In this document: in pieces, positions 1-29,900 of the stretch
How positions within the stretch are numbered: the first letter of the stretch is position 1
Layout of the letters: each line of letters starts with the position of its first letter
The notes under the pieces: model-generated
Told to the model about the DNA's origin: nothing
Databases searched by the model: none
Seen by the model: only the letters and a program-made list of their open reading frames with translations
Origin: Tubiluchus corallicola
Lineage: Eukaryota; Animalia; Priapulida
Length of the DNA stretch: 64,000 bases
Direction: 5' to 3'
Assembly (NCBI GenBank): GCA_030141605.1
Contig: JAQGDQ010000124.1
Location: 372,001-436,000 of the forward strand
Position numbers and translations under genes: made by a program

Positions 1-825
1 TTTTAATTAAAGAAGTCTTGCTCATAGTTGTGATAGAATTTTAAAACTAAACAAAGAAAGACACTTAGTATTAGTTATTTCAAACATTCATTATTAATTT
101 TATGTGTTCTGTTACTAATTGCTGTTGTAATAAGATGATTGTGTAGACTTGTAAGATTGCATTGTGAGCACTGTGCAGGTAATATGTACTGTATTACATT
201 GCAATGCTTTAAATGCTTTAAAAGTTTGTTTACAAGATAAGCAATAATTAAGTAGAGAATTTTGTCTTTGAAGAAATAGCCTTATTTACAATTTTTATGA
301 TATTTGTCATTAATACTAACAAAAATAATATAATATTAATATAATAATTATAATATATTATATTATAATTAACTGTTGTAATTATTTGAATTAACTGATA
401 TGAATGACAAGCAAAGTATTTTGTGTGATGGCTTAGTCCACTTAAACATAATTTTTACAAGAGTGAGCATACTCGTAAATGAAAAAGCATATTGATTTAA
501 GATATTTAATTTGTCAACAATTTTTGGTAATTTTGTTTATTACAGTCGTTTCTATATTTCTTCAGTAGAAGACCTTTTTGTTTTGTGTGTAAATTTGTGT
601 CCCAAATTTGTTAATTTGTAATACGACTAAAAATGTTAGCTGTTTTTTTGCTGTTAATTATTTAAAGGCATTCAGTAGGCACAAATCTTACTTCCATAGC
701 AAGATGGTTTTGTTTTGAATTTAACTGAGAGCAGTATCTATAGTTTTTTTTACAAAATGTGACAGTACTTGTAAAATTGATTTGTTCTTCAATATTTTAT
801 CAAGATTTTAATATTCCTCTTTCAG

Positions 826-16106
<15,281 letters not shown>

Positions 16107-18747
16107 TGTCCACGAAAAATCATTGTAGGTAAATCATAAGTCTTTCCCCGACTTTTTCAACTCTCTTCTTGTTCGCTTTAATATGAGAAATTAAACCAGC
16201 CATTGCTTAAACAGACGTATGAATAAAGAGTAGAAACCTTTCCTGTCATCATACTGCAAAGTACATTCAAGGATGTTATTTGAGATGCAAGTCTGTTGCT
16301 GTTTTTATAGTCTTGGCAATATTTGCTGTCAGTGAAATTTACCATTAATTATAAAATTTAAGAACGTTTTGTAAAGAAATCTCTGGTTTTTGCTTCATGT
16401 TGCGTAGCTGGTGCTGTGACATTGATGAATATTTGTAGTAAATTTAATGTTATGCTCTGATTAAAATGTTTGTACTGTTGTATATTACAATGTATAATTT
16501 CTTTAACATTCTTTCACATTTCTGTAGTTTTACATGCACTTTAAACAAATAAATGCCTTCAACCACTAACAGATGAACACACAAGATCAGTAGGTAGAGT
16601 ACTTGAATTTTATTATAAGATGGGTTACTCACAATCGATTCAACACTGTTACATTATAATAGATTTCTCAATTTTTACATACAAAGTGTAACACTGTTAT
16701 ACCGAGGTCTCTAAATCTGTACATACGATTCAAAAAGAACTTGATTGGCAGATACAGTAGAAAAATAAACAATTTTCGTGAGAGGACGACTGAGGTCATA
16801 ATTACAGAATTTTTTGTGAACAAATAAATGATTAGTTTTAATTAAAGAGGTAAAGAAAGTATGAAGTGCGACATCATACCAGTAGATGGTAGTAGAGTTA
16901 ATGAAGTCATGCAGAGCAAAAACATTTTACACATTTTTCACAGTTAAGTCACACAGTACGCCCCATTTACATGTATAACAAACAATAATTAAAGTGTTTA
17001 TTGGAAAATTTAATACCTTGAGTTGAGTATGATACTAAATTCTGAGTAACAAAGTTAAATGAATTAAGGTCAAATTAGATTAGACATCGCACATAACTAT
17101 GGGTCATCGAAACAAATGGTAAATTATTGTTTTAGGTGAATGGTTCGCACACATCTACTGAAAAAATGTCACACTGGATTTGAATCTGTTGTAAAAAATT
17201 CTAATATTGTTGACATTATGACGGTGAACACAGCACAGCCCAACCAAGAGAATGTTTACAGAGAAGGCCACACCAACATTGATGTATACATATACATGTA
17301 AACTATATACAACACCTGCTAATGGCCTATAGTATTCACTGTGAATGTGTACAGAACATTGAATATTTTTAAAACTGACAGAGCTGAGTTAAAGTGAGCA
17401 GCCATACTGTAATTTCAAACACTAACGCGATGCGATGTCATTTTTGCTCACGATTTATAAGAAACGGTTGCGCCGGAAGAACACAATTATTAATCACCGG
17501 GACAGTCTGCATTCCACCAGTTCACAACACCATTGGTCAATTAAAATCTATATAATTAATTACATAATAAAATCCAGATACAAAAACAGTGCAGAATAAA
17601 AATATACAGGCCATGCTGCATTGGCTGGGACCTGCTGCTTGTGGCAAATATAAATAATGCACAGTAGTCACAAGCAGCAGCAGAATTTCCATATACCTGC
17701 CGATGATACACGATAAGGGATTCTAAAACTGACTATAATAACAACACAGGCACATCTACAAAAGTGCTAAAATCTGACAAAAGACATATAAACTACTATA
17801 TGACATAGATAAAATTACCAGTAGAAAAGGACTAACTGTATAACAAGTTAATAAGGACATGGCTACTGGTAGGAATGAAACAGTGTTAAGCTAATCTACA
17901 AGTACACGAATGGCTTCATATAAATTAGTTACAAAGTCCAAGCACTATAACAAGAACAAGTGTAGGAAAGCAACAAAAGTCTAATGAAGCCCAAAAAATC
18001 ATATAGGTTAGGCAGTGTTCATACGAAGTGATTAAGTTTGTTGCAAAAACATCGAGTCTGCTGGCAAAAAAGTCTGCAGAAGTATAAAAATGTGAAAATA
18101 CCAAGAGATAATGTCTAAAACACTAATCAGCAGTGATTATTTCTGCATGTGAAACACACTTCAATTGAAATGCTGGTTATTCTGCAATGGCAATGCAAAC
18201 TTGTCAACTTTGTAACGATTCTTCTGAATTCCTATCATCAATATGAAGCCGATTTACCATTTTCTCACTTTTTTACAATAACACAGCAATTAATTACTAT
18301 TTAGCAAAATGCATACGCCTGCTACCGTTTAATTTCACCTGCACTGAAACTGCAAATGCGAACTCGTACTACGTTTGACGAATCTTTCATACATTTTAGC
18401 CTATAAAACACCTGAACGTAGCATAAAAAACACATAGTGCAGAAGCACAAAGAATCCTATAGCCGACACTAGATTAACAGCTGTGTGGCTGTATCTCATG
18501 CAAGACCGCTCTTTTAATATGAAACTGTTTTCATAGTCATGAAACGTTGGGCTTACCAAGCAATTGTAAAACGAGGAGGACACTTCATATCCTGCGTATA
18601 GCAAATATTTACAGTACATTTAATATAAGCAGCAGGTAGCTGTAGCTTCAGTTACACACGTATATCCAAGGAAATCACTAGTTTGGATTAGTAAAAAAAA
18701 TCTGCAGCGCTGACCTATTTTTAAAGCTGTGAAGCTTGATTAGACAG

Positions 18748-19275
18748 CAGTGGCGGCTCGTGTATAGGTACAGTGGAACTGCAGCACCCCCTATTTTCAT
18801 TCAATATTATCGATAATATTCAATATAATAAGCCTCTTTTCTTTAGTTCTTTCTTTTTGTACTTGTATGGAACCACAGCATGTGAAGGTAGTACTGTTTG
18901 TTTCACAACCCAGCCCAGTGCGCTCACAGCTCAAGCAACGAGGTGTTTGCCAGTTGTGCACATGTGGCCATGCACACATGTCTGAGATAAGACGCTGTGC
19001 TAGCATTTGCTGCTAGGTAGAGAAAGTACTGACGCTAACACAGTTTCAATTGTCACGTGCTTGTAGTGTACCATCATATTCTTGGATGTGATAAGTGTAA
19101 ACTCAGCGCGTATGCTTAAATGATATAAATAATTTAATCACGAACGCCTTGCATCCTCAAGAAATAAGGTCTGCGACTGTAAGTGAACTTCAACACTGTT
19201 TTACACAATATTAAAACAATAGTAAAAATTTTCCGAAGCAGCACCCCCATTAATTTTAGCTACGAGCTGCCACTG
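18748..19275. mobile_element. hAT-like MITE in the putative protogenin 3' UTR
   Basis: TIRs CAGTGGCGGCTCGT / ACGAGCTGCCACTG (13/14), subterminal GCAGCACCCC near both ends; no clear TSD. Confidence 0.7.
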
Positions 19276-19660
19276 ATGCATCTTTTTTTGATTTGTAAAA
19301 CTTGGTTTCGATCACTTGAAGCTTAGAATCAGAAGAAAAGGTTTACTAACTCATAGTCAAACAAAAGATTTCTACAAGGAAGTACACAACCGAGGCATAA
19401 AGGAATGACGGTGATATCCCTGAGCACAAACGTGCCTCAGTTAGTGTCATAGAAGCAGAACAACTGAGGTAGATTTTTATGTTATTTAGTTGGGCAGTGC
19501 CTTGTCTATACTAATCGGCACTAACGTTGACTAAGTTCTGTGAATAACTAATCTACTACAAAGTATCATATTTTGATTCCACTTAGCTGGTTCTTTGAGA
19601 TTAGATACTGATGAACTTTTCTGATGGAACAATGAAGAACCGTGCAGCAGCAGCAGAAAA

Positions 19661-19804
19661 ACAGCTGTGTGAACAAGTCTTACTATCATGAAGAACACTG
19701 CATCAGAACAGTTATGTGAATGAGTCTTGCTATCATGAAGAACACTGCAGCACAACAGTTGTGTGAACAAGTCTTCACTATCATGTAGAACATTACAGCA
19801 CAAC
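19661..19804. repeat. About 3 x 47-48-bp minisatellite
   Basis: Repeats of ACAGTTGTGTGAACAAGTCTTACTATCATGAAGAACACTGCAGCACA. Confidence 0.85.
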
Positions 19805-20643
19805 GTAAAACCAGTGGAGGTAGTCTGCGCTAAGTGAATAGCCGCAATACACCTCAAATCTGCTAAATATAACAGAACTGACTACAACCTTATTCTTGCC
19901 ACATACTTTGGACATGGTAAGTTATAAAATCATGAAGAAATGTACGATGAAAATACCCGCATTTCCGAATCAGATATTCAAGGGGCAGCATGATAGCTTC
20001 GCAAAATCTATGCCGAGGTGTAGAAAAGAGCAAAAAGCTCAATATTCTGACTATCTCAACATAGTTTTAACCCCTACACTGCAGTATAAGCCCATACTGC
20101 ATGGAACACATTCAGTTAAAGTGTGAGGGAGAAAATTCATTCACGCCTTTTTTTACGAAAAGTCATTGAAAATGGACAGCAGAAGATCTAATGTTACCAA
20201 ACTTACATAATGGTCTAATTGCTGTCATGAAAAACCTGGTTCAAAATATAAACAGGAAACCAAAACTATCTATATACAGATGTGCACTTTCAGAAAAGCA
20301 GACACGTCTAATTGTATAATATATAATGGATGTTTTTCAGGAATTTACAAATGAAGCTTCTCCCCAAATGACAAATTTATACAAAGGTATGCGAGACTCG
20401 TACGTGAATCCATACCAACTGAGGCAAAAAAGATCGAAATATATAACAAAATACTACAAAGTAGAAAAACCCGTATGCATATTTGTGAGGTATCACACCT
20501 ATGTTCCTACATACTGTATATAATTAGGTACCATTACAACAACTTAAATAAGGCTATAGTTATTGGTGGTAAAAGTACTATTTACAAATGTTGGCAGTAG
20601 GAAGCATTACATCTGAAATGTGTTCCATACAGTATGCGCAACG

Positions 20644-20943
20644 TTACACTACTGTGTCAGGAGGTTCGCAATGCAACCCGTGTTCCGAATGCAGGGATAC
20701 ATCGGGATTCCCGTATTGTGAGGTAGTGGTGCCCTCTGTGTTTAATAATGAACTACCCGTATGATCAGAGGGAGTAGCAGACACATCCGTGAGGTGAGTT
20801 ACGTCTGCTGTGCTGCAGTCTGCTGCATTGTGCAGTGATTCTTCCACTGGTCTGTTCCACCCAGGATCCGGTGGTTCGTCAGCAGCAACATCAACATCAA
20901 CGTAGGCATGACGAGGTGGAGAGGGATTTGACTTGGCTTCTCT
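20644..20943 (-). CDS. PRTG: Terminal coding exon (REAKSNPSPPR...CEPPDTVV*)
   Basis: attacag acceptor; 100 codons in frame with ORF 20644..20847; TAA stop. Confidence 0.85.
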   Translation of the reverse strand, partial: REAKSNPSPPRHAYVDVDVAADEPPDPGWNRPVEESLHNAADCSTADVTHLTDVSATPSDHTGSSLLNTEGTTTSQYGNPDVSLHSEHGLHCEPPDTVV

Positions 20944-23900
20944 CTGTAATGAGTTTAAACAGTAAAAGTTTGTGTGTACTGTATAGGTACTGCATTCATA
21001 TTGTAAACACTTGCAGATGATTTGCAGACAGGTTATGTGCCAATGCGATGATTTGCGGACAAGTTATTTGCCAATGCGATGATTTGCGGACAAGTTATGT
21101 GCCAATGCAATTAACTAAATTTTTTCAACAGTTACTACTAAAAATATCAAGCTATAAATGTAGATTAATAGCTAGCAAAATAAACACAATGTATTTTTAA
21201 ATCAGACAAATGATTTTGTATGTAAAGGATTAGATGGCTTTCCAATGAGGTCTTTATAAAACTGATACGTGTACGTAGACACATTTTATTGTTGTTGCAG
21301 TTCACCTTGTATTTTTTACAGTTTGCCACGTTTACCTTATTAGGATTTCTGTGTGCGCCAGGCGGGTGACCATTTGGTTGGTGTCCTGTGTGAGGTAGTA
21401 TGCCATTAGGACTACTTTTGTGCAGGTTTCGTATCACCTGATTATTGCCGCCCTAAACAAACAACAACGTTAAACAAGGCATACAGATTTTCATTAGACT
21501 GCACTTCCAACACAGGCTCAAATGCAACTTAATTCATTAAACTTAACTTTGAATCACTAAATCGTGGCTAAAAATAGATGAGAACTCAGATACGTACAGT
21601 ACATTTACTTAAAGATGTGCTGAAAAATATTGATGAGGAATATTGATTTCTAAATTTAAAATAACTTATTGATCTTAGGCATAAAGGAGAAAAGCGCACA
21701 ATTGTGATAATTGTTAATCAGAAAAAAATTTCTGAAACTTTCAATTTAATCAACCATCAAGAAAACAGTTGATTTGTTGCGATATATTTTCTAAGAAAAT
21801 GTTATGAAAAAAGATTTCATGAGCTTGTGGATAAGAATAGAAAAAATCAACTGGTACAGATTGCTGTGCTGATCATGAAGCGACTGGCTGTTGTGAAGTT
21901 AACCTTTAACCCTTAATCCAATGCTGCCAAAACTCAGAAAATGAGAATATGAAAAATTATGGAGACAAAGTTTGGAAGTATCAATCAATTTTATTCAAAC
22001 ACCCCATTTTCAAACCCCGTTCAATGAGCCGCATTTACGTTTAGTAATATTCTTGATAAATAACTGATTAGTAGCAGTGGATAAATTGAGTGCAAGTCCC
22101 ATTTGAACTGTGCTTCGATTAATTGACAGAAGCCCACTATCTAATGATTCCAGATTTCTCAGTGGTCAGAAATTGATCATTGCATTATCAAACCGTGTAA
22201 TTTTTGGCACGAGCCAAGAGATCTTTTGTTACAGCAAAAAAGATCGATTTTACTGCAAAACCGGATTTTCATTTAAATTAAGGTCGTTATCATAAATTTT
22301 GAAGAAACTCAAAATTTTGAGTTGCTGTAATGAGGTTGCTAGACGTTAATTTTTGGGTAATGAGGTAATGAACAAAACATTGGTTTACTGCTGAGGAATT
22401 ACCTTGGTATCATGATCAGGATCGGGTACAGATGTCAACATTGGCATTAGCACCTCCATCTCGTGGGCCTCAGTTCCTGATGGGATGTCGCCATTGATCA
22501 ATATTTTACGACCATTCATGTGCGTAACCTGTTTATTAGTCGGATCAAGCCCTGCTGCATTACCAGGATTGTTCCTGCAACATCTAGAAAATTTTTTTCT
22601 AATTATCAGTTAAACTGATAATAACACACAGAAGCTTTTAACGCACAATTATTACTAAAGTACGTTCGCAATAGGTGACAATTTTTTTAAGAAAGTACTT
22701 CATAACATTATATTTACTAGTGAGAGCATGTTTTAGGTATCATTCTCTAGTGAATATGTAACTAAGATTTGTGTTGATCAGTTTTGTTTAATTGTGAGAC
22801 TTAATAAATGACAAAATAACTGGTATTTTTTCTGTAGTAAACATTCAAGCACGGAAAAGACTACAAACCTTTGCTTGCTTTGGAATAACAAAACAGACAA
22901 GCAAACAGCGATTAAGAGTCCGGAAACAGCAACGGCGACGATGATAGCAATATTCTTTGTACTTATTTTTCTTCTTTTTAACTCCCAAGCTGTAAATAAA
23001 TTGTACAAATGAGACAAATGACGCATGTGGGTTAGAGAACTTGTAGCACTAATGCAAATAGTAATGTTAAAAGTCCTTGACATTATTTTACCAGATTCAT
23101 GAAGAAAATAACTGAGTTCTCTGGATGCACCAAGTAAATTATTATTGTATTGCTACATGAAAGGTAAAACAGGGTATTACAATAGTGAGGGGCTTGGCTG
23201 CCCTGTACGGTAGCCGAATTGGGCGTCCTCTTCCTTAAGCATTACACCCTTCAACCGCTAAAGACACATGTACATATGAAATATATATATTCATACAAAG
23301 ACTAAGTAAGGCATTTATTTATTCATGCAAAAACTAAGAAATTTATTCATAATGAAAATATGAAACGGATTGAACAACTAGATGTTTATCTTTCTGACTT
23401 CTCGAGTTACGAAAGTGCACTGAATATCTCTCTTAGCTGCTGAGCAACACATTAACACTAGCCACATCACACCCCATGCTATGACACTATGCAGTCCGCA
23501 CACCCCATGCTATGCCACTGTGCAGTCTCACACACCCCACGCTACGCCACTGTGCAGTCTGCACACCCCATGTTACGCCACTGTGCTGCTTGCACACCCT
23601 AAGCTATGCCACAGTGCAGTCCACACACCCCAAGCTACGCCACTGTGCAGTCTGCACACCCCATGTTACGCCACTGTGCTGCTTGCACACCCTAAGCTAT
23701 GCCACAGTGCAGTCCACACACCCCACGCTATGCTACTGTGCAGTACGCACATCCCATACACCCTACACTATGCCATTGTATAATAAATGAAGTCATGTGC
23801 ACAGTCTAACAATGTGGATTTAATACGTGGTGTAACAATTCTCTGCGTCCTTTAGCTTACCTGGCGGTTTCCCATTGCTGTTTCCACTGGGATCCGGATC

Positions 23901-26900
23901 CCCCATGTTAACATCTACTTCATCTGACAGAGGACCATAGCCTACACCCGTGCTGGCCTGCACACGAATATGATAGTGCTCACCCACCGTCAAGTTTGTC
24001 AAGAGAAGTTCTCGATTCTCGAATTCTTGCGAACCTGTAAATACCACAACTAAGTTGAGAAGTAGAAAAATTGAGGACTTCGCAAGTCTAGAAATACAAA
24101 AGATCCAGAGAAAGATTGATTTCGGCAAACCAAAACAAAATCAGGTCTGTGAATTGTACTAGAGGTGATTTACAACACAAGTAGCAAACAGGATTGAGAA
24201 AACAATACAATAAAAAAAATAATAGACATCTGTGTGTTAAGCAGTAGTTTGATCAGTGAACTAACTGCAACGAAATAGTATAGGCAAACTTCTACTTCAG
24301 CTGGATTAAGCATAAACAGACACAAAGCAATGGTTGATAATTCAGGAGACATTCAAACATACATCAATGTTTGACCGCCATGAACAAATATGCATCACAA
24401 GAGGGTAGAGTTCTAACCATATGTGGACATACTAAAGAGTGCTTCTGTAAACTACTTTAGGACCATTTTAGTTTGGGTAGCCAAATAAAAAACTACTCGA
24501 GTTTCATTAAAGACGCACAAAATAACACCAACGGACAAGACTTACTTGCATCGACGCTTTTATTACTCCATGCGTCAAGGGGAAGCGTAGGATCTGTCGA
24601 GTACAGCACACGGTAAGACAAAACTAAACCATTAGGGTTTTCTGGAGGCAACCAGCTAACCCATAAACTTGTAGCCATGTTACGCCAGCAGTTTACAGCT
24701 AGCGGTTTACTCGGCACTAAAAAATACAGAAAAGTTTATTACATTATACAATGATTATAGCGCGTATCCAAAACTTATTGGACTTTAGATATGTACATTC
24801 AAAAAGTCACACTTCAAGTCACATTCCAACATGTCGCTGCAAATGTAAGTTGTGTTGTTTATTCCTGTGGGCTCAAAAAATGACTGTCGGAGTCCTAGTT
24901 TGCATCAAATTTCTAATGTTAATGTTCAACACTCAGCACTATTGTAAACACGACATTGAGTTTCTGAAGGAAAATGTCATCCAATTTTAGACCAATAAGT
25001 TAAAATTAACCACGGTGTAAATTTTACCTAACTTTTCTATTTAAACTAAAATATAAAAAAATTGCATTATGAAGCTAAAAAAATAAAGCATATTAAAATA
25101 CTATGAAGCATAAAACATTTCTTCATAATATTCCTACATTAAAAGTGTCAATTTCATTCTTTACATTAGCATCTGTCTTTGAAGGATATGAATTTGAGAA
25201 AAGGAAAGTGATAATGCTTCAGCAAATCCACAGAAATGCATTACCATCCTCTAAAGTCCAGCATTCTGATTGGTTGCTGAATGGTCCTCTCTGATTGCGA
25301 TCATCATATGATCGTACTGCAAACTCGTACTTCGTAGACGGCTTGAGGGCATTGATAACAACAGCGAGATTTGAACTGCAAAAATACGAAGGCACAAAAT
25401 TAAAAATGCAATTACTAAGCCCTTCAAATAGCTTATAAATCCGCTATTTTTTTGCAAAATTTTATACCCCTATGTTTAAACTTTTTTCTTGTGACAAAAT
25501 AAACACTAATCATCCATTATTAAAACTCAACACTAGGTGAAATTAGCAGCAAAATACAGTGTCGTCCTAACCAAGCTTAGCAATTTTTAGTCTTCGTAGT
25601 GTTGGGAATTGGGACATTTAAAAATGATCGATGATTGATAAATGATTGTGTTACACCAGGACGAAATTAGAACATTAAGCTTTTGACTTTTATTTTTATT
25701 TCTTATGTTGTTTTACCTCTAACTGTGTTGTGGGGTTTTTCCTTACTGCTACTAAATGACAGAAACGAGCAGTGAAGTTTGCAAAATTTTACTCTTATTG
25801 TACTAAGCAATCATCGATCATGTTAATTTCTGATCAAATGGCTTAGTCAAACATCATTGTCGACTGATCTCCGACAAAATCGATTAATTGGAACCGCATT
25901 AAGTGGCAGTGTTGAAATAAAATACTATGGCAGGGGTGTGCAAATTATCTGACTAGCCGGGCCACATTAAACATTCCCGCAATTCCTGTGGGCCACATGC
26001 AGTTTGGCCAAGGAGCCAAGTACAGTAGGACCTAATAACGATTTTTTTGCATCCGATTTGCGCACATCATTACTACTGCACTATTACACTCAAGAAAATA
26101 TTTTAGAAGTTATTGAAATTTATATTAAAAACCATATATTTTGTCATGTCCGACAGTGACATTAAGTGATAATGGTCTTGTAAGGGTTAATGCTATCTGA
26201 ACTAGAGGAAAAAACTACCCGCACTATCTTTGCGATATTGGCGCAGACTTCAGCTGGATTGCGTGGGCCGCACTTTCATTACGTTGACAAACCTCTTCGC
26301 CGGCCGCACAAGATCTTTTGGCGGGCCGCAAGTGGCCCGCGGGCCTCGGTTGGCACACCCCTGCACTATGGCATTCGTACGCACATGTCTAAGTATATCA
26401 TTTGCAAAGTACAATGGTATGTCAAAGACATGAATAGAAACATTCAAAAATCAAAAAGTTTTATTACAAGAATAAAATTAACAGAAGAAGGTGAGGAATT
26501 AAGCTTACGTGTTCACGTATTTAGTATGTGAAGCATTCCTAGATAATGCTTCATTGTATCTCACGGTGTACGTCGTAATATTTCGAATGCTCAATGGTTT
26601 TTTCCATAGCAATCGTATACTTGTCGGCGTGATACCATCTTTGTCACAAGTGATTTTGCTAGGTGGTTCAACCGGTGCCAAATTCTTGGCATAAATGGAC
26701 CACATTGTATCTGTAATAGTTATTCACATAAATACCTAAAAATCTCAATAGATAATACTTGGACAGTGAATACAGCTGCATAAAAAATGTTTATCAAAAA
26801 AACTAAAAAAAAATATTCACATGTGACGGCATACATCTTAGCTCTCATTCGCTGAATTTCAAAACTTTAGCAATTTTCATTATTAAATACACATATTAAT

Positions 26901-29900
26901 CAGGTAAAGCCTAGGTCAAAACTTTTGGAGCAAGTGATGCAGCAATGTACAAAAATTCACGTAGCAAAGAGCTTAATAAATCCACTTTTGTGTGAAGCTA
27001 AATGGATTTATAAAGAGGCTGAATTTAAAACCAAAGACAACTATGTGCTATTACAGTATGCACTCTTTATTAATGAAGCCAAGGCACCTAAAACCCAGTA
27101 ACTAATGGCATTCATATGATTAATGCAACTCCCTAACATACGCATTGTTCATTTATGATGCCATTATCTTTTACATGTGATAAGCCGTTTGACAAGCTAA
27201 GAATGCAATACAATGTAACTTCAATATCAGCAATGATTCATCATTCATTTGAGTCATTAACGTTCTCGCACGCGCATAGTGTGTTAGTTTTACAAAATGC
27301 ATAAGCACAATGAGTAAGCAAGACCATTATATCGAATGCAGATCAATTTACAGTCAAAATGTGTCCAGTGTGGTCTGTTTTAGTGGATCTTTTCACTTGG
27401 CAAGGGAATTACAGTGTAAATTATACCTTGGTATATATGGAACAGCAGAAAGGCATGCGGTGCATACCTCATCTACACCCGAATATATGATACATAAAAA
27501 ACATGGCACAGATTTATATTTATTAAAAAACCTCAAAAAAATTCAGTCAAATGCAAATAGCTTATTTGCATTGGTAAATTTATGTAATTTCATGTAAATG
27601 GCAACAATACTAACATTAGATATAGTTCAGCTTACGCAAGGACCTGTCACAGCATTAATTAAAAATATAAAAACAATGGCTCATGCAAAATCAGTGTCCT
27701 ACTGCAAAAATAAAGTAAGTCTGTTAACTCACCATGCTTTGTTTCTAGATGGATTCCTTTAACTTTACTCAGACCATCAACATGCTCGTTATATGCAAGC
27801 AAGTGCACTTGGTAGAACGAAGTTGGTTCTGTAAAAAATGAGAAAGTATCAGAGTATCAGAGAGTGCCGCTATGCCACTGAAATGTCAGCAGTTCTGTGA
27901 TGCATCAATTTCGATTCCATTAAAATAAAAATTGCCAATATGCAGTAACTCGTTAGTTCAGTACATTTCATTCATGAGAAGTAAAAAGAAACAAGCTTGA
28001 CCGAGTTATAACATCCCAGATGGCAGCACCATCACCATCGTGAACCAAACAAACTGTGATCTGTGAACCACGACTCAAAGCAATCTGTCTGCAAGAAAAG
28101 CAGCAGCAGCAGCAACAGCAACAATAACAACAACAGAAGCAAGTACCAGACAACCCATTCTGGGATGGAAAACTTGCTGGAGGGAAAAGAAAAAATTGTA
28201 CAGAAAATCAAGATCCCTGAAAAATATCACAGTCATTAGTATTTGCCTACAGCTTAGAACCATTCTGCATGCTGCATTTTTTTCTATAAACATATTCATT
28301 TAAATACATTATTGTTAATAAAGCAACCAGCTGTTTAACTCAAGATCCTTTTGTATAAGTATTAAAAAAAGGAGATCAATACCCACATACAAAAACATTT
28401 AAAAAGGATACAATTACAATTATAAAAAGAACATTACCTACTTTAACAAATAGGCATGGTAAAAATGTAATAACTGACATCAATCGGACAGATTACATTA
28501 GAACAATAAGTAGTTCAAGAATAAGCTACAAAAATGATACGACTAGCCAGGCATGACTTGAACAAGATTTATAACAATGACATAGTTTAACTCATTCAGG
28601 ACCGCATCATTCAAAATAGGTCTTGACACCTTTTCTGCTACCGTATTATCACAGACATAACTAAATGATTACAAAAAATGTAATGTTCTATTCAGGAGAA
28701 TCTTGGCTATCCAATCATGCTATTTGTTCAAACATTTATAAGTGATTTAAATGGATAAAATTAAGAAAAACACACTCTTTTCAGACACTTCAACTTAGCC
28801 TATTGAGTTGCTTAGTCAGGTGTACACTTGCGTCTGCTGCTATTCCTGGAAAAACCAAGCAAACTGCCAAGCGCAAACTAAGGTTGTTCAATCTTTTAAC
28901 AGAAATTCCTTCACAAAAATAGAATAAACTTGAGGGCAGTGTGTATCAGTGTTGTATCTGGATAGTTGAAATTTTCTGTCTTAGATGATTTCACACAAGT
29001 GATACTGTACTGTATTGTTACAGTGCAAACACTGCAGTTACTGAAAGCTTTTTTCAATTTTCTCGTCAAAAATCGAGTTTTAATTTGTCTAAGGTATGCA
29101 AATGCACTTCGTAAATAATTCTGCATGAAAATCCATTGTGTGAGGAGTAGAAACCCACAGAAATTTTCAAATCTAACGTAATCACTGCTTAGTGAGAGCA
29201 GTTTTTCATGAACCTATGCAAAATGCAGTGGAAGTTTACCGTCCTTAGAGAAAGAAAAGCAACCCCGTGCAAACTCTTATAGTTAAATTTGAAGATATAA
29301 TATACATCTGTGTTTCAAACATAAGCAGATAATTAACAAAGTTAGAGAGTATCATGCTGGATCTATTGCGCAGGCTGGTTTAATAACGACTTACACGACA
29401 TTCACGACATAATTCGTTTACTCTGCAAATTTGTAAACATCAACAGTTTTGGTACGAGCGCAATGTCTCGAACTATGTAAACATACTTTGTTTAATAAAC
29501 TATCCGGCTTATATACACGAGAAGATAAAATGTCAAATCTGATAAAAAAATTTGCCAGGGAAGCAGTTTTGCAAGAGAAACATCTCTACCAAAAAGGCAG
29601 CAGAATCACTAAAATTTATTTGAAATCATAAAAACGAGTTAAGAAATTAAAAAAGACCTTAAGCATTAAGAATTTAAGCAAATTTGCATGCTACAATTTT
29701 GTATAGAACAGTTTTGTTTCGTATCTGAATTGCTACTTACTAAGACCAGTCAGTATATATTGGGAGGTGTCAGCAGGTAGTATCACAGGTCCATCCTCTG
29801 GACCATTCTGTAGATTCCAAAATAGCTTGTAACCAGAGATATTACTGTCCAAAGTCATCTCCCACATTACTTGAACTGTCGTTGCATTCAACTGCACGAG

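Noticed and set aside
140-185. Donor-like CAG|gtaata as the first MFSD11-like exon
   Set aside because: An in-frame stop lies 8 codons upstream and there is no similarity to the expected first TM segment; the true first exon is probably outside the window.
27990-28088. Frame LSRGSQITVCLVHDGDGAAIWDVITR resembling an FN3 C-terminal half (duplicate exon?)
   Set aside because: Its acceptors are not phase-compatible with the upstream exon (stops in the required frame), and the FN3 tyrosine is absent.
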